The position numbers and the translations under genes were made by a program. Shown here piece after piece: positions 39,181-54,544 of a stretch of 64,000 nucleotides of DNA; position 1 is the first letter of the stretch; each line of letters begins with the position of its first letter. Below the pieces are notes generated by a model that saw only the letters and a program-made list of their open reading frames with translations, made no database searches and was not told the origin of the DNA. This DNA comes from Camelus ferus (Eukaryota), in NCBI RefSeq assembly GCF_009834535.1, contig NC_045697.1, positions 32,552,001-32,616,000 of the forward strand, given 5' to 3'.

Positions 39181-40869
39181 GAATATTGGTGTTTAGGTAT
39201 CTAAGATACAGTGACTCTTGCAATTGGAGGATCCAAGGCATGGTTTTGGGAATAGTGCCTAAGGTGAGGTAGAGGTCATAGCCAAGAAATGAAGATAATC
39301 CAAGATGAGACTTTCTACATTAGTTTATTCTCAAGTGGTTTACTGAACACCAGAATAATACAGGATACATTCTGGGTATAGTAGTATGTCAGGCAATGGA
39401 GCTTACATTCTAATGGAGAAGACAAAGGGTAATCAAATAAATTTAAGATGTAATATAGGTGGATTTTCCACACTGATAATAAATTATCCTATGGAAGGGA
39501 GGGCTTTGCACCATGTGCCAATGTATTCATTTTAAGTAGAGGCATAAGCCTGAGGGACAATCGAATATTGAAGACAGAGGATGGTAGAGGTGGCGTTTAT
39601 TAACCTCAAAGGCAAAGAGTTTTAGAAATCAGGTCTCCAGTTCTAAGACAGAATTCTTTCTAACTAGACCACATTTCTGCTCAGAGCTGTTTTTCACTAT
39701 AGGAAGAGTCAGTAACTAGGGCTTTATTTACATGGTGAAAAATCACCGCACTTCCACACCTCTCTAGGAAAAGAGCCATCATGTCTGTTTATCGGATATC
39801 CTAAAGATCATAATCCCAAAATGTCAAACCTAGCCTACAGTGCAAATCTGTATTGAGGAAGCTGCTCTGGGCAGGAAAAAAAAGCTGTTATTTTGGGCAA
39901 CAAGTGAAATCAGAATAAAAAAAACAATTATGAATGTGTGTTTATATTTTCCAAACATATGTGACTGCCACCTGCTTGGCATGTGCCTGATCTCTCAGTC
40001 TCCCTCTCTGCTCATTATTTTATAGGCTTGCCTTTTAATCCTTGATTATAGGCTGCTACTTGAGTGCCTGGACTATAACATACATGTTCTAAAAATGTAC
40101 AGTTAAGTAAAACACATTGAATATAACAGATCAAAATTATTTATTGAAGTGCATTATATTCATTAAAGAATATTCACCCAATATTCTTCAAAATTCCTGA
40201 ACTCAGAGTTTTAACCCCCTGCTATATTTATTTAAAGTGAAAAAAGTAAAAGAAAACCTCTCCTAATCCTTTAGACATTTTTCTTCTTCACGGATAATTT
40301 ATATATATGTTTGTATAAGATTAATTTTTCTTTGATTCCGGCTGCCAATCTCCATGCTAAATTAAGCAAAAAGTTGTCCTGCTGCGCATATCTGAGTTGC
40401 AGGTGCATGAATTTTGTGCTTGAGTAAATGTAAGGGAATTGGTGAGGCTCATGGTTATTGGAAATATATTCATTTTCCCATTGGGTCTGAAATATGATGT
40501 AATGGCACTCCATTAAGAATGGAGATTTAGAAAGTCCAAGTTTGGAAAGAATTTTAACTCTTTAAGGCAAAATAACATTATAGGAGTCTCGTCCCCTGAA
40601 TAACAAATGCCTATTTTCATTTATATTTTTAAGTTGTTTACTTTGATAGCATCATCTCTGAAATTACGGATGATGTTAGCCCTACTCCCCATCCTTAACT
40701 CCCATCATTTATGAATATATTAAAGAGAATAGTGGAGGCACCTGGATTTGATGAGGAGATTTTAAGAAACTTCAAAACACTTACCACATTGTCAAATTTG
40801 GATTTCAGACAGAGTTGACTCATACTTAGTTTCAAATATATCTGAAGTGAAGTAAACTCTTTCAGGTAT

Positions 40870-41310
40870 AAAAAAAAAAATCCAGAAACAGCTAAATTAA
40901 AACAATAAGCTCAGTAAAACAGTATTTAGTAAGGTTTTCTTGTGTGTATAAGAACAGTTCGTGAACTGGGAGCTTTAAACCAGCAGCAGAATGATGCTCA
41001 GAGGTATATTTTTGTGAAAGCTTATATAGTAAAAATGCAGAGGCTATTTATTCTTTACAATGATAGGTTATAGCTTTAGAGTTTTTCTAGTGGTGAGGGA
41101 TTGGTTAAAGGTAGCAGTTACCTTATACCAATTCTGGGGAACAACTTAAGTTTTATTTATGATTTTCAGAGGTATTTATAAGAAGTGACCCAAGTTAAGT
41201 TTTGCTTGTTTTGCAGAATAAGCTAAACTGAGTTTTGCTTATGTGGCTTAAATGATTTTGTCTGCTCAGTGAAATCTCAGGTTTAATCTCCATTTTGTAT
41301 TTTAATTGAA
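40870..41310 (-). mobile_element. Probable ERV1-class solo LTR (family uncertain)
   Basis: aacagttcgtgaactgggag, repeated aagttttgctt blocks, gattggtt CCAAT box, ctccattttg near the end. Confidence 0.4.
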
Positions 41311-41419
41311 TGCATGTAATCTTTTAAAAACATTAGCAGCACCATTTCATAAACAACTTAAAGAACGTGAGTCAACTTTTTAGGTTTTCATTTTCCATCG
41401 TCTAGATTAAGAATGTCAT

Positions 41420-42190
41420 GAGGTGAGAGATTTAGATTTAATCTGCAAGAAATTTGGGACAAATGAATTTTAATTTTATTATAGTATTTGAGAGATGGTA
41501 GTGTACTATTATATTTTACTTTTTGGTTGATTTTGGTCTTATAATATTGTAGAAAATAAATCAGAAAAGGGAAAAGACCAGAGGCAGAGAAACTAAATAG
41601 GAGAAGGTTATGACAATATATGTGAGAAATGTTAAGGATTCCAAGTAAAGTAGTAGTATTTTAAAGGACATAAGGAAATGGCATGTTTAACAGATGCGAA
41701 TTGGTAGGTCACATGCTAATTGTGATTTGATGTGGGGTATAACTATGAGAGCTTATGGTAACAACATCGTGTTGTGAGGACTGAACGTTATACATTATTA
41801 GTTAACTATTAATGGAGTGCCTAGGGTATAGGAAGTTCTCAGAAAGTTTAGAAATAATATTCAAACTAGGAATCTATTAACACCTGTAACAATGATGATA
41901 ATGTTGATGCTGGTGATGAGTAGAGGTCCATTTTCATGACGTGCATATTAAAGATAACATCAAGAATATATGTATTAAAATATTTTGAATCAGTATATCA
42001 ACAAAGCCAAGGTAGAGGAGAAGTTCAAGAAGAAGAATGTTGTAGACAATATCAGTAGCTATAAAGGATTTAAATAAGAATAAATGTTGAAAAGTATTCG
42101 TTGCAACTAATAGCAAGGTTATTAGAGGCCATGGCAAAAAGAGTTGCTATGGAGAAGTGGGAACAAAAGCCAGGAGCAGTTACCTGAGAC
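41420..42190 (-). mobile_element. L2 fragments (with MIR piece)
   Basis: gaggcagagaaactaaataggag; aaagccaaggtagaggagaagttcaagaagaag; ggagaagtgggaacaaaagccag. Confidence 0.5.
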
Positions 42191-43667
42191 GTATTTCAGG
42201 AGTTAAAGCATGATTCTGTTTTACTGTTGTTACTGGAGTCACTGCTATGACTGCTAATCAGCCATACCCTTCTAGGACACTTGCCTAAGCACAATCTTAG
42301 AATTTGTGATAATTTTCACAGTAGCCTAATATCTTGGGCTAATAATTTAGCTCATTTAATTGATTCCATGATTGCTATTCCCTGTTGGAACATAGAGATG
42401 GCACCAGAAGTCTGCATCTCTAAACACTTTAATCAACAATCTGTATTTTACATACTCTTTGAGGTCTCCTGTGGTGTGTGACTAATTACTGCTTGGTGCC
42501 TCCAGGCATGGGGGAGACCTATTAGGGACTCTTTCTGTGTATTTTAGTACAAACAGAAAATTGCACAGATTAGTTGCACAATCAGCTTTAGAAGCTTAAG
42601 AGCTTTAGGCATTTCCACCTAGAGTGAAAGGGTGCCCATTGTGACGATTTTAAATGGTGGGTAAGGATGTTGAACAATAGGTGTAAACCATTTCCAAAAA
42701 GCTGGGGTTATAAATAGAAAGGCAGGGATAGGGTGATAACTAGAAGTGTATATAAGAATAAGATAAGTCCTTTTTAACACAAGTAGGACTTGAGCATGCT
42801 GTTAATGTTTTGACATTAATTAGAAACTTGACTACATTTTCAATATCAGGAAATTATAAATAGTACATTAACTTGAAATGACCTTGTCATTAAGCTTTTC
42901 TCTTTACTTTATTTGTGAAACCAGGAAGTTTTAAACAATGAACTTTAATGCTCCTTTTATTTCTTTATTTGTAAAATTCTGATTTGGTAGACCAGCTTTT
43001 ATACAGAACAGATAACCCACATAATTTTGCCAGTCTAAAGGATTAACAACAATAACACTTGTACGTTTGACAATGTAGATGAGATGAGACTATTCCCATA
43101 ACACATACAGATTGCATCACTGAGCTATTTTTTCCTTCTGATTTCTCTTGAGATAAAAATTAGAGTAAGAGTTAAATATGGCTATTTTTGCTTTTTAACT
43201 CATTTTTTTTCAATTTCATGGGAGATTATTCTTGGCTATTTAACCACAATGTTCTTAGGCTGATGGTACTTATGGCAATAATTAGGAAATTTTAAATATG
43301 ACTTTTTAATGTGTTATTGTTGGCTTCAAATTTTTGAAGGTTTCACATAGACACATTTTGAGACTAGTCTGGAGGTGCCTAGGACACAAGTGTCAAAGTT
43401 AATAACCTAAAGTTATTTTAAAATGCTATCAGAGTAAATAGAATTGGTTATGAAAAGTCAACCATATGTGTTTTTCTTGATAGGTTTTTTTGCCCTATAA
43501 ATTTATTTTATTTAATTGAAACTAGGAAGGACAACTAAGAAAAATTTTTTTTCCTTGTTACAGTTCCTAAATAGGCATTGCAATTTTGTTTCATCTGTTT
43601 CACATCTGAATGAGTATACTGATTTCTATTTGTATTGTTATGGGGCAGTTCTCAGCTTAAACACCAG

Positions 43668-43708
<41 letters not shown>
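43668..43708. repeat. (GC)n(CA)n alternating purine-pyrimidine microsatellite
   Basis: gtgcgcgcgcgcacacacaca... read directly. Confidence 0.95.
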
Positions 43709-43714
<6 letters not shown>

Positions 43715-46700
43715 TTTGCTATATATTTCTGATTTATTTAGTTAAGGATATAGAATGTACCAAGAGTAGTTGTAGACTTTTACTTGATGTATGTTTCATA
43801 TAGGGCAATTGCAGATGACTCTTGTTCATACAATAAGCCATTTCTAAGCTGATAAAGTCATATTCTTGCTACATCACAGGCCTTTTATAATCAAGCTTAC
43901 ATTATGTTCAGGAACAACTAAAATTATCTTTAAATATGCTCCCATTTAAAATACATTATAAGTAGTTTGTGCTGATTTTTATATATTCTGTCAGCTGAGA
44001 TACAGCCTCATTCAGGGAAAATTAGATTTAAGTATCCAAGGTGTCCCTGAAGTTCAATCTTCTTATTCCAGTTTCTCAGTGAGCCTACTCCCCCACATGA
44101 CAATGAGTCATACACGGACGTGTACTTACATAGGCACACGCTATTTAACTTATGGATCTGTCTGTCTCTCCTGGCCAAGAAAAGGTTAAAAGAGCTGATT
44201 CTTTATTATTATATTTAAATATAGAGTTAAAGCACTACCAGTATACATAATAAACTGCAGAGGCCAACCTTAGTATAAATTGATTTTCATTATTTATAGT
44301 AATGTCTGTGAGAATGTAGTAGGATTTTATTTTCCTCTTTATAGAAAGATTCAGAGCTTTGACAGTAATATTGTATTTCATAAGGTTACATTTTTCAAGT
44401 GATGAACTGGATTTAGCATTAAAATCTTTCTATTCAATTTAAAGTACTTTGTGTTTTATATTTCAATTGAGTTAATATATAATGTTCTTTTTCAACTCCC
44501 GTAAGCATTTTCCAGACATTTAGCATACAATGTTCTATGCAGATTTTAAAGAATTCATTAACATTGCAGATTTCCTAAGAAGTGGACGAAGTACAGTTTC
44601 TCTTTTAAAATAAAAGCACTTAATTAAAGTTCCAGGTTGGAAGGAAGTGTCATTTTTTCTTATATATCCAATTTTAAGTCACTAGTTCTTCTAAACCATT
44701 GTGGGAAATTAATACTGCTTTTCATTATCACTGCTTTCTTAAAATGAACACTTATGTGAATTGATTTTTTTCTGTAATAAAGTTTTACTTTTAGCCAATA
44801 GGTGGCAAACTCAATGTAAGGCATCAGTGACACTAAAAATATATTAAAGGAATTACAGTATTTTAATTACTTCTCTTATGCATAAGCTGAGAAACTGTAC
44901 ATTACAGTGTTCATTGTAAGATGATTAAATCATTTCATTTATCTACAAATTGACAAATATTAAAATGTAAAGCATGGAGGCAAAACAAGAAAGTGCCATG
45001 TTTTTTCTTCTAAAGCTAACTCAAGTTCATAGATACTTCTAGGAATGTGCGATGTTTTCTCAGGGTGACTTTCAAGTCATAAATTCAAAGGCTTAGTTAC
45101 ATAATGAAGAATGAATAAGGTTTCCCAAAACGAAGCTACGTATGACTAAAACAAAAACAACACTGTGAATCTAAAAGGTCTTAACATCCATAAACTGAAT
45201 AAATTGATGAACCTAAATGAGCCTATTGCTGTAAACTTAGGTACAGGATATCCTTAAAATCTTTTTCATGGAGCAATATCAAGAAATGTATTTGGAATTT
45301 CTATACAGTTTTGTTCTGCTAGGCTCACCAGTTTAACTTCTTGCCTAATAAAGAATTCAAAAAACAAACATTATAGCTCTGAAATTTACTTTCTAAAATT
45401 CCTCAAGGGAGGCAATATATATAAAAGATACTGAATAAACATTGTATAGTGTCCAACAAAAATGCACAACAGTGTGAAAAACAAATTAATGTAACTTCTA
45501 TTAGCTTTTTCATCAAGCATTTCAGTGTTCTTTATATTATACCTCTGCATTTTAATTCAACCAACATTCTTTTGTATCTGTTATACTCCAGATACCTTAT
45601 GATTCATAATCAAGTAAGACCTGCCCCTGCCCTAGGTCACTGAAAGAAAAACTGGTAGGAAAGAAAAATTCAATCATATATCATACTGAAGTAATACCAA
45701 TTCTATCACATCATTATATTGTTATAGTGTTACATGGAAATAAAAATAAAAAGGTATACTTCAGGTGGTCCAAATATTAGTCTAAAAAGTTATGAGGAAA
45801 ACAGACATTGATTGCACTTATGTTCAGAGGCAACATGGAATATAATAATAGTTTGTAAAGACGTGGCCCGGATTTTGTGAAGTTGTAAAATTGTAAAGTT
45901 GGACAAAATTTTCAAGCTCACAGACTAGTGTGGAGAACATAAAACAGCCATACGACAACGTGGTAATGTTACACACAATACCATACAGGTCTCAAGGGGT
46001 GAAGAAAGAAGTTAAGGTCAATGTTTTGCTAGTTATCTTAACAGGGCAGGTCTGCCAGAGCCTCAAATGAAGGAGTAAAAACAAGTAAAGTGCATTACAT
46101 TTAGTTTCATATATTTTCTGACATCAGTATTTCCAAAATGAGATCATCATCTTCTCAGGAATGAAAGTTCAAAATTTGGAGCCGTCTTTGAGTCTGCCTA
46201 CTCCTTTACTATCTATATAAATGGTGTTGCAACTCTTAATTCTATTCATGCAGTTTCTTAAATGTCTTCTATTTTTTAATGTATACAACCACAACTATAG
46301 TTCATGTTCTCTTGAATGATTATTTATAGAGTAGACACCTCCTTAATTTGCTCACAAACCTTATTCCAGTTCTTTCTTCAATAAGTTGTTTATTTCCCTC
46401 TAGTTCTTTTACTATTCACTTAAATTAATAGAGGAAATAAAACAATACTTCTATTTTATTTAGTTTGCTTTCCATTAAGAACCATGGGCCCACCTTTTTG
46501 TCTAACTGTTGCAGAATAACTCTTAGTAAATGTATACTATAGTTTATGTAGTCACTCATTTATTGGCTATTAATTGTTTTGTTTAACTTGTTCCATAATA
46601 CAGTGAGACAGTTAACATCTTTGTACGTGCCTTCTTGTGCACATTATAACATTTCCCTGGAGTAAGTACTGAAGCCTGATACTGATTTTTAAAAAAACAT

Positions 46701-47384
46701 CGTAAAGCTGCCCTTCAGACTAACCATTCCAGTTTTAAAACCTTAAGACACTAACAAATACTGGATAATGCGAAAAGTTTGATTTTTCCATTCTGATGCA
46801 TAAATATTAGTCACAGAGTGAACACAAAATGTGTTATCCTAACTAGGAATCTTTAAAAGTAGGAAGGAGGTGCTGTTAACAATTTTCCTGGGATATTAGG
46901 CATAAATAAGGATGGTTTGGACCAAACTAGATCATACTGTCCCCATAGTTAGAACTAAATTTCTAAACCCAAATCTTTTATTTCAGTAACTGCTTAACTC
47001 TTATTTATCTTTATACAACAATATGGATCAAGTCCAAATCTGTTATCCAAAATATGTAACATTTCATGATCTGAATCTACCTACTTTTTTCTCCTAATTT
47101 CCTACTTCATCCTTCTATTTAACACAAATGACCTAATCATTGTCTTTCCCAGGTTCTGACCCACTTGGTCTCCTGCTTTGTCTTGTCTTTCCTGTCTGCT
47201 TTCCTGTCACATCCACTTGTCAATGCTCTACATTTCCTTAAAGGTCCAGCTAAATTCTACGTCCTTCAAGGAGCTTTCCAAGATCTTCCTATTCAGAATG
47301 ACTTTATTTCTTACTCTTTGTGCTTCATCTGCACCTATTCCATTTTTATATCCTCCTCTCCTGCTCTGGGGATAATGTGCATAG

Positions 47385-47560
47385 TGACTAAGAAAAGAAA
47401 CTCTAGACTGGAATTCTAGGGCTATAATTTGCATCTTGGTCAAGCTACTTAATGACTCTGTGACAATTTCCTCATGAGTAAAATAGGAATACTAGTTCCT
47501 GCCTCCTAGGACTTTCATTAGGGTTAAATAAGTAATACATGTAAAATGCTTGTATGATAA
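47385..47560 (+). mobile_element. MIR SINE
   Basis: aatttcctcatgagtaaaataggaatactagttcctgcctcctagg...taatacatgtaaaatgctt. Confidence 0.75.
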
Positions 47561-47689
47561 ATACTGTATACTTGTAAATAATAAGATTTGTTTTAAATAC
47601 TGGTTTTCCCCAGAAGTTAGACTTTGGCCTTTCTAAAATCCTCTCCTGCTTGGAGAAACTAACTTGAATCTATATCTACTGCTTCTGAA

Positions 47690-47930
47690 CTAGCTCATGG
47701 GGCAGCAGAATGTGGAGTTAAATGTTTAGCTGGCAACTAGGCTTGGCCCAGGTGATACCTGCTACTAGATTACCTGTGATCTTAATCTTTTTGGTTTTTT
47801 TCCCTCCTCTCTAAAATGCAAATAATAAAACACAGTTCTTTGTAAGACTGCAATGATAGTTAAAATATGAAAAGTTAAGTGCCTAGCATAGTACCTAGCA
47901 GTACTGGGTTAATAAATATTAACTATAGAT
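47690..47930 (+). mobile_element. MIR SINE
   Basis: ctgctactagattacctgtgatctt...ctctctaaaatg...gtgcctagcatagtacctagca. Confidence 0.65.
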
Positions 47931-48739
47931 AATGTACGTCAAACACAATGGCTCAAGGGCCCTGGGTGAGAGATCCCTTTCCTCACTCTAGTGAACCAAT
48001 CAACAAATAGATAAAATATTTTAATTGTGTGCATAACTAGACGGTAAGCTCATCTAAAGGAGTCACTGAAATAATTTACAATATTATGAAGCAAAATGTA
48101 GTGATTTAATAGAAGTTCTTCACATGTGTTTTCCCCCAAATTCAGTAATGAGCACTTTTCCTCTCAATCATGTGAATATTATCAAAAAGCATATTCAGAG
48201 GAAAACCTAATTCTGAGTGATTACCTCAGAAGACTTACTGAAATAATTTCCAGATTCTTACAATATCACAAGTGATTTAAATAAATTATGCCCCATTTGA
48301 TGTCATGTGTTTGTGGTGTGTGTGACATTTCTTGGACTTCATATACATAAAAAAGAGTGAAACTATGTTTTTTGACCCAGAATAGCTTTTCATCATAATT
48401 AAAAACAACATCAAGATGCATATTACATTGTCACTAAGTGATTATAAGAATTAAAATAAATTTAAAAATTCTTTTTAAAATAAAGAATAAATTTTATTAT
48501 TTTGATATCATTCAAATTTAAATATTTTTAGTTTTTAAAATGCAACATGTTTTTACAATTACCTTCTATTATGGAAAGCAAAGTTGGATTTTGATGAATG
48601 GTAATGTTGTTTTAAGTATTACAATTATTCAAAGTTTAAAGGTAATTATTTACAGGAAAATATGTTATAAAATATTTTAAAATAGGATAGGATAAAATTG
48701 ACTAAATTTAGGAACATCCATATCCATGGAAAATTTTTA

Positions 48740-50000
48740 TCTGTTTTGAACTTATTTAAATAAAGTAATAAGTATATATGTGTATATAAATATATATCTT
48801 GATTTTTTTCACATAACATTATAATTATGTGATTTATTTGTTACCAAAGTAACAGAATAGTTTTCATTGTAATTGGTAAAATATCGATATTCATTTAAAC
48901 TGTTTTTAGCTTAAGGCTATGAGACATAAGGATGCTATAAACATTCTTGTGCATATTTTATGCACATGGGTGTTCATTTTCTGGAGAGGGGAATTACTTG
49001 CTCATAGATTATGGATATGGTGAGCTTCTGTAGATAGAGTCAAATAGTTTTTCCAAAATAATTGTAACCATTTACTCACCTATGAGAAGTTTATGAGAGT
49101 TCGTTACTCTACAGTATCAAAAATTATTATTATAAATATTTTCAGTTTTAGCCATTCTGGAGGAATACTGTGGTATGACATTGACTTTTTAATTTTCCTC
49201 ACAGGTAATGACCTGGACCTTTTTTATGTGGCATTTTGAAATTTAAATATCCTTTTCCTATAATTTGTCTATTTCTTCTTGATTTGCTTAAATTATTTAT
49301 ATACCCTAGATATTAACCTTCTGTTGGTTATGTGTATGTCAAATGACTTCTTTCAATATATGGGTTTATGTCTTACTTTCCTGATGGTATCTTTTGGTGA
49401 AGAGTTCCAAAATTTAATGTAGTGCATTTTATCTATCTTTTTCTGTAAGATTAGTGATTCTTGTGTCCAGTTTCAGAAACTATTGTGACCCCAGTTCACA
49501 GAAGTGTTTTATTGCACTATCGTATAGACATTTTACGGTTTTGCCTTTCACATTAAGATCCACATTTCATTGTGTATTGTGTGAGGTAATAATTATTTTA
49601 AAACATGGATATTCAATAGATGCAGGATCATTTTCTACTTCTTTACAGTGCAATCTCAGTCATAAATCACGTCCATCTAAGTGTGAATCTAATTCTGGAG
49701 TATTCTGTTCTATCAATCATTTTGTCTATCCTTGAACCACTATAACAAATTTTTAAATAGTGTACATCTAAAAAAGTATTTATATTTTACCTGTAGGGTC
49801 CTAAACTTTGTTCTTCATCTTCAAGACTGTCTTGATTATTCTTTGCTATTTGTATTTCCTTAACATTTTAAATAAGATTGTTAATGGAAAGCTACTGAGA
49901 TATTGATTGAAACTAGATCGAATCTATAGATTAATTGGGTAGAAACTGATGTCTTTACAATACAGAAGGTTTAAATCTATGATCATTGTGCTGTCCTCCC
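48740..50000 (-). mobile_element. Ancient L1 (L1ME-like) ORF2 3' part
   Basis: gctataaacattcttgtgcat, ttttagccattctgg, attgattgaaactagatcgaatctatagattaattggg. Confidence 0.65.
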
Positions 50001-50029
50001 TTTAGATTACACACCCAAAACTACAACAT

Positions 50030-50300
50030 CCACCAGTATGATTCAATTTACATAAAATTCAAAAACAGGTAAAACTAACATATAGTGATAAATATCAGAA
50101 TAGTTGTTACCTCTTGGAAAGGAGATTGACTGGAAAGAGACATAAGAAAACTTTCTGGGTGGTAGGAAAATTGATGAAATGAGAAAGAAATGTATCTTAA
50201 GGTTTAATATTTAATATATACATTTATAAACCTTTTGAACTGTATCCTTAGGATCTATTAGCTTTACTATACAGAAATTTACCTCAATAAAATTAGTTTA
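50030..50300 (+). mobile_element. Ancient L1 3' UTR end
   Basis: tatgattcaatttacataaaattcaaaaacaggtaaaactaa...tcagaatagttgttacct...acctcaataaa. Confidence 0.7.
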
Positions 50301-53051
50301 AAAGTTTAACAAAAATGGTATAGCAATTTAAAAAATTATTCAGGGTCAGGAGAAATTTGAATACCAAAAAATGTATGCACATTTATGACTTTACTTTATT
50401 TATCAAAGGTCACAATTTTAGGTATTTCATGGATCTTTTCAAAGAACTCAAGTAACAAAGAACTTTTGTTTTCATGGATTTTCTCGATTGTTTTCCAGTT
50501 TTAATTGTTAAGAATTTTAGCGCCTTAAGTCCCTCTATGTGCTAATATACTTGTTTACATATATATATTTTGTACATAATAAATACTAAATTTTTGATTA
50601 AATATGGTGTATTTATTAATTCAATACCTGATCGAGCTATTTTTACTATTTTAAATTTTATTTTACAACTATTTTTGATGTGTAGAAATTTCTTTATGCA
50701 TTACTCATTAATTACATTATTTCATTTTTCTCTGAATATTTTAATACTATATGTCAGTTTCTCATACATAATTAAATAATGTGGGATAGGTCACCATGAG
50801 AAGCATTAATTTAGCATATTTAAACATACATTCATGAAAAGAACATATTCATTTCTCATGTACTGGTAAGGAGAGATATATAAAATGTTACTAAATGATA
50901 AACAATATATGATAGAATTCACAGATTAAAAAAGCTCATATATTTTTTCTAAGACAATCCAAATAATGGAATGAAACAGATTAAATTACATTATTTTCTT
51001 ATAAATATTGTCATCGCTAACTACCATTAAAGAACTTTGTGAAGTAGCTGGCATTAACTTATATAAACAACAGTAAGAAAGAAATTGGCCCCTTTATTAA
51101 AAAACATGTGAAGTTGGTATTAACATGGTAAAACACATATTCCAAACCAAATCCAGCCTAATGGTCAATAGAAAAGCACTAGAAATATCTCTATCATCAG
51201 CAAAAGGGTAAGGTTGCCAAATACTGTAATAATTTCATTCTGGATGTATTAAACAAAACAATTAAAGATGAGAAAGTGGCAATATAAAAAATTGCAAAGA
51301 TGGCACTAATATTTCCTCCATAGTAGATAATATAGTTGTATTCCTAGACATCCAAAATAATTCGTGGAATCAAAAGCACGATAAAATCATTTAAGAATTT
51401 TTTTAAAAAGGTGATGCCTGCATTTCACATCAACTCAAATGAAATAAATCTTTAGAGCTATAGATCTTGTCACTTAATTTTTCTTAATTGTTTGCTTATT
51501 TATTTTGTTTTATAACACCCTCTAGTCATTCTGAATCACAGGGATGATTGATAACCATCATTCTAGAAGAGTATAAAGACTGAAAAAGGAATGTGCAAAT
51601 TGTTCAGAGACTGTTTAACCACTCTTGATGTTCTCTGCTACACTATTTAAATGATTTTATTAAACAAATGAAGGAAGTGAATCAAGTTTTCGAAACCACC
51701 TAGAGTAAAATTTATGTATTTTTTTATTTGACATCAGGATCAAAATTCTAATAATTTCACAAAGTCGTGTTAAAATATTTTCTTTTTTGGTATAGAACCT
51801 AAATTCTGTATAGGATATATTAATATTTTAAGCTACTTAAAAGAAATTTAATATTTATTTTGATTTTATCAACATCCCACACCAATATTTTAGCATAAGC
51901 TATTATAGAATATACAAATCTTTTCTTTTTACCCATTCTTAAAGCTTCCACATGATAGTACAATAATCCCTGAAACTGATTTCATATTCTGTAACTTTGG
52001 TTAACCCACCAAAGATTTACTGGCAAGCCTATGCCAAACAAATTTCAGTCACATTTTTTCTCTAGTCTTTTTCCAATACCTTGTTTTAAATAACTAGTTA
52101 AGAATGGATATTAATAGCATTTTCCATTTTTAAAAAAATCAGTCATAAACCTGTTTTTTTTTTTTTCCTCAAGTTCTTTGAATTAAATACCTGTGAGTCC
52201 TCATGAGGACAGAAATAAATTTTACTTTAAAATCAACAATGCTTTTGAGACAAAGCGTTTTTTTTTCCCCCAAAGGAATTTAATAATACTTAGTTTTTGA
52301 AAGAGTGTTATTTGTTTTAGGGGTTAGGAATTACATTTGCAAAAATTTTGAGGTTTGTTAAAATATTAAATATAAAATCTCTTAAAATACTTATAGGATA
52401 GACAATTCCAAAATTGTGTTTAGATGCACAAACCAAAGTTATAATCAGATGAATTTTCAAAGTCCTTATTCAATCTGTACTCTATCAGGCCGATTTTTTA
52501 TCTGATTATTAGCACATAAATCAGATGAATATATCTACAGATCTGAAAATGGTATATAACATTGGACATATGTATAAGAGAGAAATCCTTTAGGATTGAA
52601 TAATTTTTCTTACTGATATTCCACGTGACTGTTTTTCTACATGCAGAAGGTGAGGGAAAATAAATCTCTGAGGTAAAATTTTCCTTTAGTGCCTTAGCTA
52701 TAATTCAGGGTCAAACTGCCACCTGTCCAGAGTGCAGGACCTAGGGGGATAATTTCTACCTGGAGAACATTTCCATTCCTTTCAACTTACCAGTAGTATG
52801 TTGACATCCACATGCATTAGTAAGAGGAAGTATGCACCAGAGGGAGATGGGTGGAGTGGAAAATGAATGACTCTACTTCTCCTCTAATGTTAATAGTTTT
52901 GAATCTCTTTTCTACTTGCAATCACTTTTCCTGAATTCTGTCCCATCATACCTTTCCAGGTACTTCATGGAAATAAGTATGTTCATAAAAATATTAGAAG
53001 AAAATAAAGTATGTTGAATGTGATACAAAAGGCAGTTTAAAAGTAGGCCAA

Positions 53052-53258
53052 CAGCCCCAACCTTTCCCTTTTGGTGACCATAAGTTTGTTTCCTACATTT
53101 GTGAGTCTGTTTCTGTTTTGTAAATAAGTTCATTTGTATTACTTTTCTACATTCTACATATAAGTGATACAGTATAATATTTGCCTTTCTCTGTCTGACT
53201 TACTTTACTTACACAATAATATAGATCCTTTCATATTGCTGCAAATGACAGCATTTCT
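53052..53258 (-). mobile_element. L1 3' UTR fragment
   Basis: ggtgaccataagtttgtttcctacatttgtgagtctgtttctgttttgtaaataagttcatttg. Confidence 0.8.
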
Positions 53259-53666
53259 AATCAAATTTATTTTAATGAATATAGTCTTCATATCTTTATT
53301 TTCTTTTTTAAAGTCAAATCTAAAAGATGCTCAAAAGCTTAATTCAATATGGCCTCCTTTCAGAGGACAGGAAAAAAAGGTTCTCTCTCATTTAGTTCAG
53401 GAAAATACTGGCTTTTTAAAACTGTGACTTGTACATCAAGCTGATGTACACTGATGTACACTGAAACGATAGTTTCAGTGCTTATTGAAAATTTAGTCTT
53501 TATTCCTAATCTACTTCTCAGACAACAATGAATAATATAAAGAAATCACTTAGAATTGAGTCTTTAAGTCAGCTGAGGAGATTGTTGACAAAAAATAAGT
53601 GGAAAATTTACTCTTACTATTAATAGCTAATTAGTTATAAAGACGTAAAAACAAAAATGCAAACAT

Positions 53667-54515
<849 letters not shown>

Positions 54516-54544
54516 TAAAATCACTTTATAAACAATTCCACTTC

